Shown: positions 47,125 to 57,361, counted from the stretch's first letter. The stretch: 64,000 nt of DNA from Acidilobaceae archaeon (GCA_038897215.1 JAWAWX010000001.1:800001-864000); one strand, 5' to 3'. Notes: a model not told the origin generated them from the sequence alone. Numbers and translations are program-made.

Positions 47125-48327
47125 ATGTTCTCGATAAGCGTTTCTCAGATCGCTCGAAGCGTTTATCTCCTAAGGCTCGAAGATAGAGAGACCTCGTACT
47201 TCGAAGGATTGTGGAGGATGCCGGAAGGCATCACCTACAACGCGTACCTGGTCACGGGACCGGAGGGAGTGGTGGTCGTCGATGGGTGGAAGAGAGGCTG
47301 TGGAGAGCTCTTAGTGAACACTATCAGAGACATCGTAGACCCTAGAGACGTGAGGTTCGTGATAGCAAATCATCTAGAGCCCGACCACAGTGGCTCGCTT
47401 CCCGAGCTGGTCGGCGAGGCGAAGAACGCTGTAGTCCTAGCTCACCCGATAGCAGGGTGGATGCTTGAATCGTTCTACGGGCTCGGCTCCCGGTTTAGGA
47501 GCGTTGCCGACGGCTCGACTCTAGAGCTCTGCGGACTCAGGTTTAGATTCATACACACCCCCTGGCTCCACTGGCCGGACACTATGGTGAGCTACCTGGA
47601 GGACGAGAAGATCCTGTTCACTTGCGACATATACGGCTCCTACGGGGTCCCCTCCGCTGTCTTCTACGAAGACCTGCCCGAGGAGGAGAGAGCGCTGTTC
47701 GAGCGCTACTCCAGGAAGTATTTCGCCAACGTGATAGGAGGGTATCGAGACTGGGTGTCGAAGAATCTAGCTAAGCTCGAGAGCGTTGCCAGAGAAGCTG
47801 GGACCGTGGCGACAGGACACGGCCCCCTCTACAGAGACCCGGGCATCCCATTGAGCCTCTACAAGAGCTTGGCTTCAGAGAAGCCGGCTAAAGGTAAGGC
47901 TCTGGTTGTCTACGGGTCTATGTACGGTTTCTCCGAAGACACGGCTAGACTCGTAGTCGAGGGCTTGAAGCGCAGAGGCTTGACTGTTGTCCTCGCCGGG
48001 TTTACCGATAGGAGGAGAGACGATGAGAGCGAGATAGTGAGCGAAGCCTATGACAGCGAGTACCTTGTCTTCGTATCGCCAACCTACGAGACAGAAGTCT
48101 TCCCTCTACTACGCTATATTGTTGAACTCTTATCCCGCAAGACTCCCGCTTCGAGCAAGAAGACTCTAGCGGTTTCCGTTTACGGGTGGGCGGGAGCGGG
48201 GAGGAAGCTGGGAGAGCTTCTGGCCGGCAGCGGGTTCAGGGTAGTGGAGGTAGTCGAGATAAAAGGGTCTCCAGTCGGGTACGTTGACAAGCTAGAGAAG
48301 GCATTAGACAAGCTAGTCGAGAGCTAG
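47125..48327 (+). CDS. fprA: Flavodiiron protein (FprA family)
   Basis: GITYNAYL, NHLEPDHSG, WLHWPD, TCD, GHG, YGSMYG flavodoxin domain. Confidence 0.93.
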   Translation: MFSISVSQIARSVYLLRLEDRETSYFEGLWRMPEGITYNAYLVTGPEGVVVVDGWKRGCGELLVNTIRDIVDPRDVRFVIANHLEPDHSGSLPELVGEAKNAVVLAHPIAGWMLESFYGLGSRFRSVADGSTLELCGLRFRFIHTPWLHWPDTMVSYLEDEKILFTCDIYGSYGVPSAVFYEDLPEEERALFERYSRKYFANVIGGYRDWVSKNLAKLESVAREAGTVATGHGPLYRDPGIPLSLYKSLASEKPAKGKALVVYGSMYGFSEDTARLVVEGLKRRGLTVVLAGFTDRRRDDESEIVSEAYDSEYLVFVSPTYETEVFPLLRYIVELLSRKTPASSKKTLAVSVYGWAGAGRKLGELLAGSGFRVVEVVEIKGSPVGYVDKLEKALDKLVES

Positions 48328-48333
48328 AGTCTA

Positions 48334-48395
48334 GGAGGTCGGCACCGGGATCTAACCTCAGCCCCTCGGCCCAGTATGCGGTCCTCATCCCCTCT
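48334..48395 (-). ncRNA. Box C/D sRNA (targets not identified)
   Basis: C GGATGA (48390-85), guide GGACCGCATACTGGG, D' CCGA, C' TGAGG, guide TTAGATCCCGGTG, D CCGA; GAGG/CCTC terminal stem. Confidence 0.65.
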
Positions 48396-48442
48396 CTGTC
48401 GAGAGCTGAGGAAAGGTTATAGTCTCGAAGAGAGCGCCTCAC

Positions 48443-50083
48443 TTGGGAGCAATCAGCTTGAGCTGGGCTGAGCTAGTGGTAGAGTACTCGCTAGCGATAA
48501 CCGCTATGGTCGTGGCGCTAGAGCTAGCTACTGCTAGAGTGGGCTCCAAGCTCCCCGGCTTGCTCTCCCTCCTCTACTCAGTCGTGGTGTCAGCCGGGTT
48601 CGGGGCTGTAGCACTCGATGTGGTTAAGCGCGGAGAGCTTCGAGAGCTCAGCCTGGAGGTGGGGCTTTTCAGCCTCCCTCTCGTAGTGACCCCCATATCT
48701 GCTCCGATAATACTGATCACGTGCCTAGTAGCTCCCTTCATATCTCTGTACTCCATAAACTACCTCAGCTACTACGGCCTCCCTGTTGGGAGATTCTACC
48801 CCATATACTCTGCCACCATTCTCTCGATACTTGTCTACTTTGCTGCCGGAGACCTCGTCACCTTCCTGATAGCTATGGAGGTCGCCTCAATCCTGACAGG
48901 GCTTCTAGTAGCCTACAAGCTGGGCTACGAGGAGATCTCCTCTGCTCTCAAATACATCTTCGTATTCGTAGCCGTCGACAAGTTAGCGATAGCCGGAGCG
49001 GGGATAGCCTGGGCGCACACTGGGTCTCTGAGGATACCCGACTCCCTAGCGTTACTCGGAGCTATCCCGGACTCGGAGGTAGCGGTCCTCTCCCTGCTCC
49101 TCCTCCTAACCGCCTTCATCACGAAAGCCACTCTAGCTCCTATGAGCTTCTGGCTCATATGGGCTATGGATGCTCCCTCTAACGTCTCCGCTCTCTTCCA
49201 CTTCGGGATCATAATACTGATGGGGGTCTATGGTATCGCTTTGACAGCGCTCCCCGCTCTGTCGTCGGAGAAGCTAGCGCTAACAGCTGGCTGCCTAGTC
49301 GTCCTCGGGGGCGCTGTGGGAGCGGTAATAGCGTCAGCAATGATGCTCGTCACGAGAGACGTGAAGCACCTCGTAGGCTTAAGCACTATAGAGAACGCTG
49401 GGCTTACAGCAGTGTGCCTAGGCGGCTCTATAGCCTTACTCCACACGAACCCCTGGCTCTCATCTATGCTCTTAGCAACTGCTTACCTGCACTCGCTAGC
49501 GCACGCTTACTCGAAGGCAGCGATGTTCATGAGTGCTGGTTGCCTCGTCACTCTAGCTCACCACTCTAGGGAGATCGACGACCTCGCGGGGCTCTCCAGA
49601 TTAGCCCCTGCTACCGGCGCCTTCCTCGCGCTCATAGCTCTATCTATGGCGGGTGCTCCACCCTCCCTCATGTTCGCCAGCACTCTCCTCATAGCCGCGT
49701 CTACGCTAATGGCTGCTCTCGAGTTTATGTTCATGGCTGTAGGATTCGCTTCAGTGATCCTAGCTCACGTATTCGCTTCTCTAGCGTACCTAAGGCTGGT
49801 GAAAAAGGTAATCTTCGAGGAGGCTAGAGTAGAGGAGCCCGTGGTGGTTGGCGACGACGCGGTTATGCTCGCTCCACAAGCCGGACTGATGGCAGCGAGC
49901 TTCGCAAGCCTAGCCCTCCTGCCCGCTATATCGGGGCTCTTCGAGGCTCCAGCTGAGTACCTGGGGCTCCCCGTAGCTCTCCCGGCTCGCGTTCTCGAGG
50001 CTCTATCAGTAGCTGCTCTAGCGACAGCTATCCCAGCTCTAGCCGTGCCTATAGCGCTGGCTTTGAGGAAGGAGAGGTGGTAG
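48443..50083 (+). CDS. Proton-conducting membrane subunit (NuoL/MrpA/HyfB-like)
   Basis: About 14 TM helices, AMEVAS, TKA..P..FWL..AM.APSNVSALFH, LSTIEN.G, H...HA..KA.MF. Confidence 0.88.
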   Translation: MGAISLSWAELVVEYSLAITAMVVALELATARVGSKLPGLLSLLYSVVVSAGFGAVALDVVKRGELRELSLEVGLFSLPLVVTPISAPIILITCLVAPFISLYSINYLSYYGLPVGRFYPIYSATILSILVYFAAGDLVTFLIAMEVASILTGLLVAYKLGYEEISSALKYIFVFVAVDKLAIAGAGIAWAHTGSLRIPDSLALLGAIPDSEVAVLSLLLLLTAFITKATLAPMSFWLIWAMDAPSNVSALFHFGIIILMGVYGIALTALPALSSEKLALTAGCLVVLGGAVGAVIASAMMLVTRDVKHLVGLSTIENAGLTAVCLGGSIALLHTNPWLSSMLLATAYLHSLAHAYSKAAMFMSAGCLVTLAHHSREIDDLAGLSRLAPATGAFLALIALSMAGAPPSLMFASTLLIAASTLMAALEFMFMAVGFASVILAHVFASLAYLRLVKKVIFEEARVEEPVVVGDDAVMLAPQAGLMAASFASLALLPAISGLFEAPAEYLGLPVALPARVLEALSVAALATAIPALAVPIALALRKERW

Positions 50084-50086
50084 AGA

Positions 50087-51472
50087 GTGCAGAGCCCAGC
50101 TCTAGAGATTGCGGTTGCTCTAGCCGCGTCGCTACTAGTGGCTCCAGCGTATCTCTACGTGAAGCTACTAGGGTGGAGAGCGGGCCGCCTCGCTGCTCCA
50201 GCGGGCTTCGCTCTGCTCTCTCTCTACGCTCTCCTCTACCTCGAGGACCCCTTCCAGAGAGCTCTCGCCGCGGTAGCTGGCATCGAGTGCGCTATAGTCT
50301 CTCTCTATACTCTAGAGTACGCTGAAGCCAAGTACGCAAAGTACTCTGAGAGCGCTCCCGGGATCCTTTACACTCTCACCAACATCTTCGGCTTGACGAT
50401 AGTCCTCTTCCTGGCATCCGGCACTGTCGTAGGGTTCGCTGCGCTCTTCGCTCTAGCGGGGCTCGTGGGCTTCCTCCTCGTAGCCTTCGACTCCTTCTTC
50501 GGAGCGTCTCGAGAAGCCTGGAGCGCAGCAGTCAGGTACCTGGCTGCCTCCATGGTGCCCTCAGATATAGCTGCTCTCTCTCTAGCCGGGCTCGCTTTAG
50601 CTCAAGGAGCGGGATTCACTAGCCCTACTAGGCTAGAGCTAGCAATAGAGCCTCTCGTCTTAGCCTTGATCCTCCTAGGCTTTCTGGCTAAAGCTGCAGT
50701 CGCTCCTCTCCACTTCTGGATAGCTGATGCTCACAGCGCTGCTCCAGCTCCCGCTTCCGCTATACTCTCGGGACTCATGGTCAAAATGGGAGTCTACGGT
50801 ATCTACGTTGTCTTCAAGGCTTCAGACTCCCCGCAATCCATCGCTGTGTCTGTAGCTGTTCTCGCGTCTCTGACAACTATCTACGGTGGTTTAGCGGCAT
50901 TACTCCAAGACGATATGAAGAGGCTTCTGGCTTACAGCACGATGTCTAACACTAGCGCTATGGCTATGCTCGCAGCTCTCGGAGAAGCTGTGGAGATAAG
51001 CCCTGCGAGCGTCTTAGCAGTCTACGCTGTGGCACACTCTGTCTTCAAGTCATCGCTATTCCTCGACTCGGGCTTCGTGGAGCTAGTCTTCGGGACTAGG
51101 AGCATCTCTCAGGTCAGAGGCGTAGCTCGAGCATCTCTACTCGAGTCGGCAGCAACAACTCTATCAGTGCTCTCCCTCATAGGGACTCCTCCTACTCTAG
51201 GCTTCCTCTATAAGCTCCTTATGTTCACCTACATAGCCGGAGGTCTCAACGACTCCAGCCTAGCGGCTTTAGTGCTAGCAGTCGTAGCGCTGAAGATAGC
51301 GCTGAGCGCAGGCTACGGGTTGAAGTACATCATGCCACACGTGGCGAGAAGTGAGGAAACACTCTCAGCAGGTAAAGCCGAGAGCCTGGTGAGGTACACT
51401 ACGGCCTCCTCTCTTCTCAATATCGCCGGCCTCGCTATAGTACTTATCGCGACCACGGAGCCCAGCATATAG
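50087..51472 (+). CDS. Proton-conducting membrane subunit (MrpD/HyfB-like)
   Basis: KAAVAPLHFWIADAHSAAPAPASAILSGLMVKMG, KRLLAYST, HSVFKSSLFL, GTPP..GF..K. Confidence 0.88.
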   Translation: MQSPALEIAVALAASLLVAPAYLYVKLLGWRAGRLAAPAGFALLSLYALLYLEDPFQRALAAVAGIECAIVSLYTLEYAEAKYAKYSESAPGILYTLTNIFGLTIVLFLASGTVVGFAALFALAGLVGFLLVAFDSFFGASREAWSAAVRYLAASMVPSDIAALSLAGLALAQGAGFTSPTRLELAIEPLVLALILLGFLAKAAVAPLHFWIADAHSAAPAPASAILSGLMVKMGVYGIYVVFKASDSPQSIAVSVAVLASLTTIYGGLAALLQDDMKRLLAYSTMSNTSAMAMLAALGEAVEISPASVLAVYAVAHSVFKSSLFLDSGFVELVFGTRSISQVRGVARASLLESAATTLSVLSLIGTPPTLGFLYKLLMFTYIAGGLNDSSLAALVLAVVALKIALSAGYGLKYIMPHVARSEETLSAGKAESLVRYTTASSLLNIAGLAIVLIATTEPSI

Positions 51473-51577
51473 AGCGACGTGTGCTAGTGATGAGAGCGTT
51501 CAGAGGAGGCTATGAGGGTCCTTGATACTCAATAGTTAAACTCTGGTCTGAAACGCTTTCTAGCCGGGGAGCGGAGA

Positions 51578-52585
51578 GTGATCTACCGCATCTCGGTGCG
51601 CGATTTTAGAGGAATCAGGAGCCTAGATAAGCCTTTAGAGTTCTCGAAACACACGATCGTAATAGGTCCCTCGGGGTCTGGTAAGACTACTCTGCTCGAG
51701 AGCTTGTTCATGGTGCCACCCATCAACGTCTCCATACCTCTAATCTCTGTCACTAAAGTCGACGCCATAGGTAAGCATAGGCTGTGCCCCTCGCTAGTCT
51801 ACAGGTACCATGGTGTAGCTAAGCTGTGGGGCGAGCTAAAGGGGAGAGGCTTCGAGTTCTTGCTGAAGTGCGATTCGCGAGAAGGGTGGCCCGAGGTTTC
51901 GGGCATGATCGGGAATACTGCTGTAGACTTGACAAGAGAAGCTCTCCAAGACCACGAGGAGGTAGATGAGATCATAGAGAAGCTAGAGCTGGAACTAGGA
52001 GTTCATCCCTCTAGTCTAAGCGTCTACTTCCCTAACGATTTGAGATTCCTCTTGATGATGGAGAAAGAGCTAGCTAGAGAAGATAAGTGGGTCTACGTGG
52101 AGAGAAGCGGGTTATCCGTTAAAGTAGTGCAAGAACTCGTAGACAAGGGGTCTCTCAGCGAGAGATACACTGATGCCACTATAAGGAGGAGCAGTATAGC
52201 GTTGAGGAAGGAGACTCCCAGAAACGTGACCTACGTCTACAGCTTCGATCTAGGAGAGGGCTTGATGAGATTCCTCCTGGGCAGGATGTACTTGGAGCTA
52301 GCTAAGCCGAGCATAGTCCTCTGGGATGTGATCGAAGCTGGGCTCAGCCCGCCTCTCATCGCCACGCTGATAGACTACCTGCTCTCAGGAGACTGGCAGA
52401 GCGTGATTACTACTCACTCCATAGACGTGCTCCGACACATAGCATACACTCAGAAGAGCGGCGTCAAGATCGTGCAGATCCATAGAGGCATAGATGACAC
52501 AGTGAAATGGAAGGAGTTCAGCGTAAGCGAGCTCGCAGAGCTTCTAGACAAGGGGATAGACCCGAGACGCACTATAATATCCTGA
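51578..52585 (+). CDS. AAA_15/AAA_21-type (ABC-fold) ATPase
   Basis: DFRGI, GPSGSGKTT, LGEG signature, VLWDVIE Walker B variant, TTHS. Confidence 0.8.
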   Translation: MIYRISVRDFRGIRSLDKPLEFSKHTIVIGPSGSGKTTLLESLFMVPPINVSIPLISVTKVDAIGKHRLCPSLVYRYHGVAKLWGELKGRGFEFLLKCDSREGWPEVSGMIGNTAVDLTREALQDHEEVDEIIEKLELELGVHPSSLSVYFPNDLRFLLMMEKELAREDKWVYVERSGLSVKVVQELVDKGSLSERYTDATIRRSSIALRKETPRNVTYVYSFDLGEGLMRFLLGRMYLELAKPSIVLWDVIEAGLSPPLIATLIDYLLSGDWQSVITTHSIDVLRHIAYTQKSGVKIVQIHRGIDDTVKWKEFSVSELAELLDKGIDPRRTIIS

Positions 52586-52590
52586 ACAGT

Positions 52591-54642
52591 CTAGTAGCTC
52601 GATAGGAAGTCAGCTAGACCCTCTGGAGGCTCTCCGCTCACGCGAGCCTCCTGGGAGAGCTCTTGAGGCTTCGAAGCTAGCATTGCGCGTGCTCTCTCCA
52701 AGACCTCCTCGTGAGTCTCTCTGGAGGCTCTAGTCCAAGCGTAGAGGTCTCCTAGTAGCACAGGAGCTAAGACGTGCTCTCCGAAGACCTCCGCTATGGG
52801 GCAGTTTCTCAGGCAGAGCCTGCAGCTTACGCAGCGCGAGGAGTCGACTCTAGGTCTCGGTCTACCACCAGTCTTCTCTACTCTGATCGCTCCAGTAGGG
52901 CAGATAGTCTCGCAGGACAAGCAGCCCACGCACTCTCTCCACCTATAGTAACTCTTAATCGAGTCTAGAGCAGTCTCTAGCCCCCCATCGCTAGAGTACG
53001 CTAGCTCGAGCTGAGACCCCTTCGCTCTCAGCGTAGCCGAGTCCCAGCCGGCTTCGAGGAGACCGTGCTCGACTTCGAGCCGTCGAGGCTTCAGAATAGA
53101 GAGCTGGTTCTCGAAAGCCTCTAGGTCTAAAGGCTCAGAGAGCGTTATCTTGAGAGTGTTCTCGCTCCTCTCGACTTCTCTGATTAAGCGAACTCTAGCC
53201 CTATAGAGTCGCTGCCAGTCATCTAGGAGACTACTGAGCCCCAGTTTTCGAGCCATGCTTTCTCTATGACCAGCGGGGCTATGCCATCTCCAGAGAGCGT
53301 AGTCCACGTACTCTCTGGGAGCTCCTAGCTTCTCAGTCCACTCTTCCAGAGCTCTGGTCCACTTAGCCCAGAGGTCGGGATGGGTTCGCGAGACCAAGTC
53401 GAATTCCGCTAGGTAAGACGCTGGACACATGAAGCACCCTATCCTCTCGTAACCCATGTAGTAGAGAGGATTGACTCTCAGGTTCTCCGAGATTATGTAG
53501 AGCCACTCCTCGAACTGAGTCCAGTACATTATGGGAGAGACGTTCAGAACGTAGGGCGCCCACCTGAGCCTCCATGCTATGGAGCCTCTCGCTCTATCTA
53601 TAGACTCGTAGGCTCTCTGAGCAACTATGTTGAGAGCTCCTCCAGCCCACCTCTTCTTGACTACTCTAGCTAGCGGGGTCAGCTTGCATATCTTGCAGCA
53701 CCACCTATAGTCTCTCGCTGGAGGCCCGAATACCTTGAGAGACTCCCAGAAGTCGGCCTCGGGCTCGGCTACGACTAGCTCTAGACCATTCTCCTCAACG
53801 ACTCTCGTAACAGTCTCAAGGGTTTCAGGGAGCTCTAGCTTCGTGTCGTTGAAAAGCACCTGGGGCTCTACTCCCGTCTTGAGCGCTATGTGTAGAGCTA
53901 TGTGGCTATCCTTGCCTCCGCTGAAAGAGACTATAGTCGGGCCCCCTAGTCTCTCAGCATAGACCGCTATGGTTTTCGCTGCTTTAGCCTCGAGTATCCT
54001 CAAATGGTCTCTGTGAGCTTCGAGTACGTCGTCGAGAGTACTCTTCGAGCTAGGAGGCTCCCGGATTCTAGAGTCTCCCCACCAGCTGTGAACTCGAGCT
54101 CTCCCACCGCCTAGAGAGTAGGCTAGCCCCACTGGCTCCCAATTTTCTCTCACTAGGAGTACAGCTCTCCCCTTCTCTACATCTCTTCCGAGGCTGATCA
54201 GTCTTGGGGGCAGTATCTTCGCTCTCGTTACGACCACCTTCTCTACAGCGTCAGGGTCTGCTTCGAGGAGCGCTACTGCTCCTGCTTTGCTCGGTCTGAA
54301 TCTCCACTTCCTGAGAAACGGGTCGAAGTAGAGCCTCCCCACGCTTCTCCCATCTACGTAAACTTCTCTCATCTCATCGAAGTATGGGACTTTGTTTAGG
54401 AGAGCCGGCGACCTGCCTGATAGCGCGGAGAAGAACCTTCTAGCAGCGTCCCCGAACTCTCGCTGGAGAGCTTCGAGGAGAAGCTCGTAGTCTCTCGGGA
54501 GAGCTATTCTAGCGTCTCCTGGCTCGCTTAACTCTAGCCTCTCGGCCTCTCCTCTGCACTTAGGGCACGCCCTCATAGCTAGCGGTATGTTGCACGACTT
54601 GCACCAGAATAGTTTAGCTCTGATAGGCCATCTCTGCTTCAC
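52591..54642 (-). CDS. PAPS reductase family protein with N-terminal Zn ribbon and C-terminal 2x[4Fe-4S] domain
   Basis: WCKSC..CPKC, SFSGGKDS PP-loop, RWCCKICK, RIGCFMCP, two ferredoxin motifs. Confidence 0.88.
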   Translation of the reverse strand: MKQRWPIRAKLFWCKSCNIPLAMRACPKCRGEAERLELSEPGDARIALPRDYELLLEALQREFGDAARRFFSALSGRSPALLNKVPYFDEMREVYVDGRSVGRLYFDPFLRKWRFRPSKAGAVALLEADPDAVEKVVVTRAKILPPRLISLGRDVEKGRAVLLVRENWEPVGLAYSLGGGRARVHSWWGDSRIREPPSSKSTLDDVLEAHRDHLRILEAKAAKTIAVYAERLGGPTIVSFSGGKDSHIALHIALKTGVEPQVLFNDTKLELPETLETVTRVVEENGLELVVAEPEADFWESLKVFGPPARDYRWCCKICKLTPLARVVKKRWAGGALNIVAQRAYESIDRARGSIAWRLRWAPYVLNVSPIMYWTQFEEWLYIISENLRVNPLYYMGYERIGCFMCPASYLAEFDLVSRTHPDLWAKWTRALEEWTEKLGAPREYVDYALWRWHSPAGHRESMARKLGLSSLLDDWQRLYRARVRLIREVERSENTLKITLSEPLDLEAFENQLSILKPRRLEVEHGLLEAGWDSATLRAKGSQLELAYSSDGGLETALDSIKSYYRWRECVGCLSCETICPTGAIRVEKTGGRPRPRVDSSRCVSCRLCLRNCPIAEVFGEHVLAPVLLGDLYAWTRASRETHEEVLERARAMLASKPQELSQEARVSGEPPEGLADFLSSY

Positions 54643-54670
54643 TAGAGCTTCTCCCTTGTAGTCAGAGAGC

Positions 54671-56677
54671 CTAGCTGGAGTAATCTAGAGCTATGTGTAT
54701 CTTCCCGCTCCTCGGGTACAGCTTTAGGCTCTCTAGGTTCTCGGGTATGGCGACTTCTGGAGGCGCCTGGAATCCTAGCTTCTCCCAGCTCTTCTTGACC
54801 TCTACTCCAAGACTGAGGAGACTCGAGGGCTCTCCGTGGCACAGTATTATAGAGCGAGGCTTGGGCTTCAGGTGTCTCAAGAAGCTCAGCAACTCGTCTC
54901 TAGTAGCGTGCCCCGTAAAGCCCTCTATAGCTGTAACCTCCATGTTGACCTTTACCCTCTTGACCTTCCCATCTTCCGGCAAGTCTACCTCTCGCAACCC
55001 TTCTACAAGCTTTCTAGCAAGAGTTCCTGGAGCTTGATACGTCACGAACGCCAGAATATTCCTCTCATCGGATGCTAGATTCTTGAAGTACTCGAGCACA
55101 GGCCCTCCCGTCATCATCCCGCTAGTGGAGAGTATTACAGCGGGACCTTGTGACTCTATGGCTTCAACTCTCTTAGAGTCGTCGCTCACATAGACTGTCG
55201 TAGGCCCTAGGAAGATGTTCTCTCCCTGGTACATCATCAAGTCTCTCGGTTGCTTAGCTAGAAGCTCGGGGTACTCTGTGTATATCGCTGTAGCCTCGTA
55301 GATCATACCGTCAACGTATATCGGGACCTCGGGGATCTTCTTCTCCTTAATGAATGTATTCAGGATGTAGAGCATCTCCTGACTCCTCCCGACAGCCATT
55401 ACTGGTATGAGGACTTTCCCTCTCCTATCTACAGCCTTCTTGATTATATTCACTAGCTCCTCTTCAGCCTTCTCTCTAGGCTGGGGGCTCTTAGCGCCGT
55501 ATGTGCCTTCTAGTATTAAAGCCTCTACTCTATGGAATGTCTCGTCTGCTGGAGGTAGGAGTCTTAGAGTTCTATCCGTTTTAATCCTATAGTATTTTAT
55601 GTCACCGCTATAGACTATGTTGAAGAGCCCTTGCCCTATGTGTAGATGGACTAGGCTAGAGCCTAGAACGTGGCCAGCGTTTATGAAAGTAAGCTTTATG
55701 TCTGGAGCCACGTCTGTCACGCTATCGTAGCCTATGGTTACGATTCTACTCATCATCAAAGACAGCTCCTTCATAGTATAGAGAGGCTCTCTACCCTCCT
55801 TCTTCGCTAGCTCGATGAAGTCTGTGAGCAGGAGGAGAGTCAAGTCTCTCGTGGGAGGAGTCATGAAGACTGGTCCTCTATACCCGTACTTGTACAGGAG
55901 GGGGAGGCTGGCTATGTGGTCTAGGTGAGCGTGAGTGATGATCACAGCATCTAGGTCCTCTACTCTGAACTCTGGAGCGTCGAAGCTGGGGAGACCTGAT
56001 GCTGACGAGTCAGCGGGCGACATTCCAGAGTCTAGTAGGACCTTGCTCTCGCCCGTATCGATCAAGATCGCTGAGCGGCCGATCTCGCTGAAGCCTCCGA
56101 GCCCTATTATCCTTATGTACTTCGTGCCCACCACTGGGTCTCTGAAGATCCTCTCTCCTATCTCGAGTAAGGTCTTCCTCCTGATGCTCGCTGCTACACT
56201 CAGATGCCTGAGGACTCCTTCGAGAACCTTGCTTCTCATCATGGGCTTCCTGTAGACCTCTAGCCTCCACCCTGTCTCAGCCAGGACCCTGTACCTTAGC
56301 TGAGCCCCCTTGCCTAGAAGCTTGCCCGGCTTGTCGGTCAGCACTCTAACCTCTCCCATTATCTCATCGAACTGAATGTCCTCCGGAGAGACTGCCACAT
56401 CTTCCGGGACATTGGCTAAAATGAAGTCTATAGTCTGCTCTTTAGGAAGTCTTATCCTTGGGTCTGTTCTAATCACTATCCTCTTCTTGAGAGTCTTAGC
56501 TAGCTCTTTCAGCTTCTCCTCGTTCTCAGCTATGAATCTCGGGTTCTTGACGTATACCGCTATATCGGCTCCCTCGAACTCTATGCTCGATACTCTCGCC
56601 TCTCCTAGGTGCTCCAGCACCTCGGCTACCACACGCTGTCTGTAGCTAGCAGAACTCTCTACAGCCACTTCTCCCAC
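54671..56677 (-). CDS. fttA: aCPSF1/FttA beta-CASP ribonuclease, transcription termination factor
   Basis: N-terminal KH domains, HAHLDH, AGHVLGS, EGTYG, FTGH, HGE. Confidence 0.95.
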   Translation of the reverse strand: MGEVAVESSASYRQRVVAEVLEHLGEARVSSIEFEGADIAVYVKNPRFIAENEEKLKELAKTLKKRIVIRTDPRIRLPKEQTIDFILANVPEDVAVSPEDIQFDEIMGEVRVLTDKPGKLLGKGAQLRYRVLAETGWRLEVYRKPMMRSKVLEGVLRHLSVAASIRRKTLLEIGERIFRDPVVGTKYIRIIGLGGFSEIGRSAILIDTGESKVLLDSGMSPADSSASGLPSFDAPEFRVEDLDAVIITHAHLDHIASLPLLYKYGYRGPVFMTPPTRDLTLLLLTDFIELAKKEGREPLYTMKELSLMMSRIVTIGYDSVTDVAPDIKLTFINAGHVLGSSLVHLHIGQGLFNIVYSGDIKYYRIKTDRTLRLLPPADETFHRVEALILEGTYGAKSPQPREKAEEELVNIIKKAVDRRGKVLIPVMAVGRSQEMLYILNTFIKEKKIPEVPIYVDGMIYEATAIYTEYPELLAKQPRDLMMYQGENIFLGPTTVYVSDDSKRVEAIESQGPAVILSTSGMMTGGPVLEYFKNLASDERNILAFVTYQAPGTLARKLVEGLREVDLPEDGKVKRVKVNMEVTAIEGFTGHATRDELLSFLRHLKPKPRSIILCHGEPSSLLSLGVEVKKSWEKLGFQAPPEVAIPENLESLKLYPRSGKIHIALDYSS

Positions 56678-56740
56678 TTCACCTCATAATCCTAAGGTAA
56701 GACTCAAGCTTCTAAGGCAAAACTCTAGCGGGAGGTAAGC

Positions 56741-57361
56741 CTATCCAGAGAGGAGGGAGGAGAAGGGTATAAACTTTTCGCTATAACTTTCTCTGCTTAT
56801 CACAGCCACGTCTACGCCATCACCTGAAGCCGCGTCTCTCAACATAGCCGACCTTATGGCAGAGACTGCGAGCTTAATGGCTTCATCGATACTCATATCG
56901 CTTCTGTAGTGCTCCTCGAGGACTCCGTACGCTACGGGAGACCCCGACCCTGTAGCTGTAAATAACTCTTCAGTTATGCCCCCGAAGGGGTCGAGAGTAT
57001 AGAGTCTAGGCTTAGTGTCATAGCCCCCTACTATGATCTGCACGAGGAAGGGGAACCACTTGTAGGAGAAGAGTATCGTCGATAACAGTGTAGCCATGCT
57101 CTTAATGCTCATCCTAGTACCCACCTCGATCTCGTACCTCTTAGCTTCAAGGCTGAGGATGTCTGCTAGGACTTGAGCGTCGGCTACGAGACCCGCGATC
57201 GTTATAGCGGCATAGTCTGTAACCTTGACTATCTTCTTGACCCTCCTGCTAGCTATCATGAAACCCGCTGTAGCTCTCTTATCGGCCGCTAGGACGACCG
57301 AGTCTCCGACAATTAATCCAACAGTAGTGGTTCCAGTGCTGAGAGCTTTCACCTCTTGCAC
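56741..57361 (-). CDS. psmB: Proteasome beta subunit
   Basis: TG-TTTVG propeptide junction, AADKRAT, GSGS, RDAASG. Confidence 0.96.
   Translation of the reverse strand: MQEVKALSTGTTTVGLIVGDSVVLAADKRATAGFMIASRRVKKIVKVTDYAAITIAGLVADAQVLADILSLEAKRYEIEVGTRMSIKSMATLLSTILFSYKWFPFLVQIIVGGYDTKPRLYTLDPFGGITEELFTATGSGSPVAYGVLEEHYRSDMSIDEAIKLAVSAIRSAMLRDAASGDGVDVAVISRESYSEKFIPFSSLLSG

Noticed and set aside
51487-51551. GTGATGA box C-like motif after the antiporter-like genes
   Set aside because: No well-placed D box (CTCA at the expected site; CTGA too far) and no terminal stem
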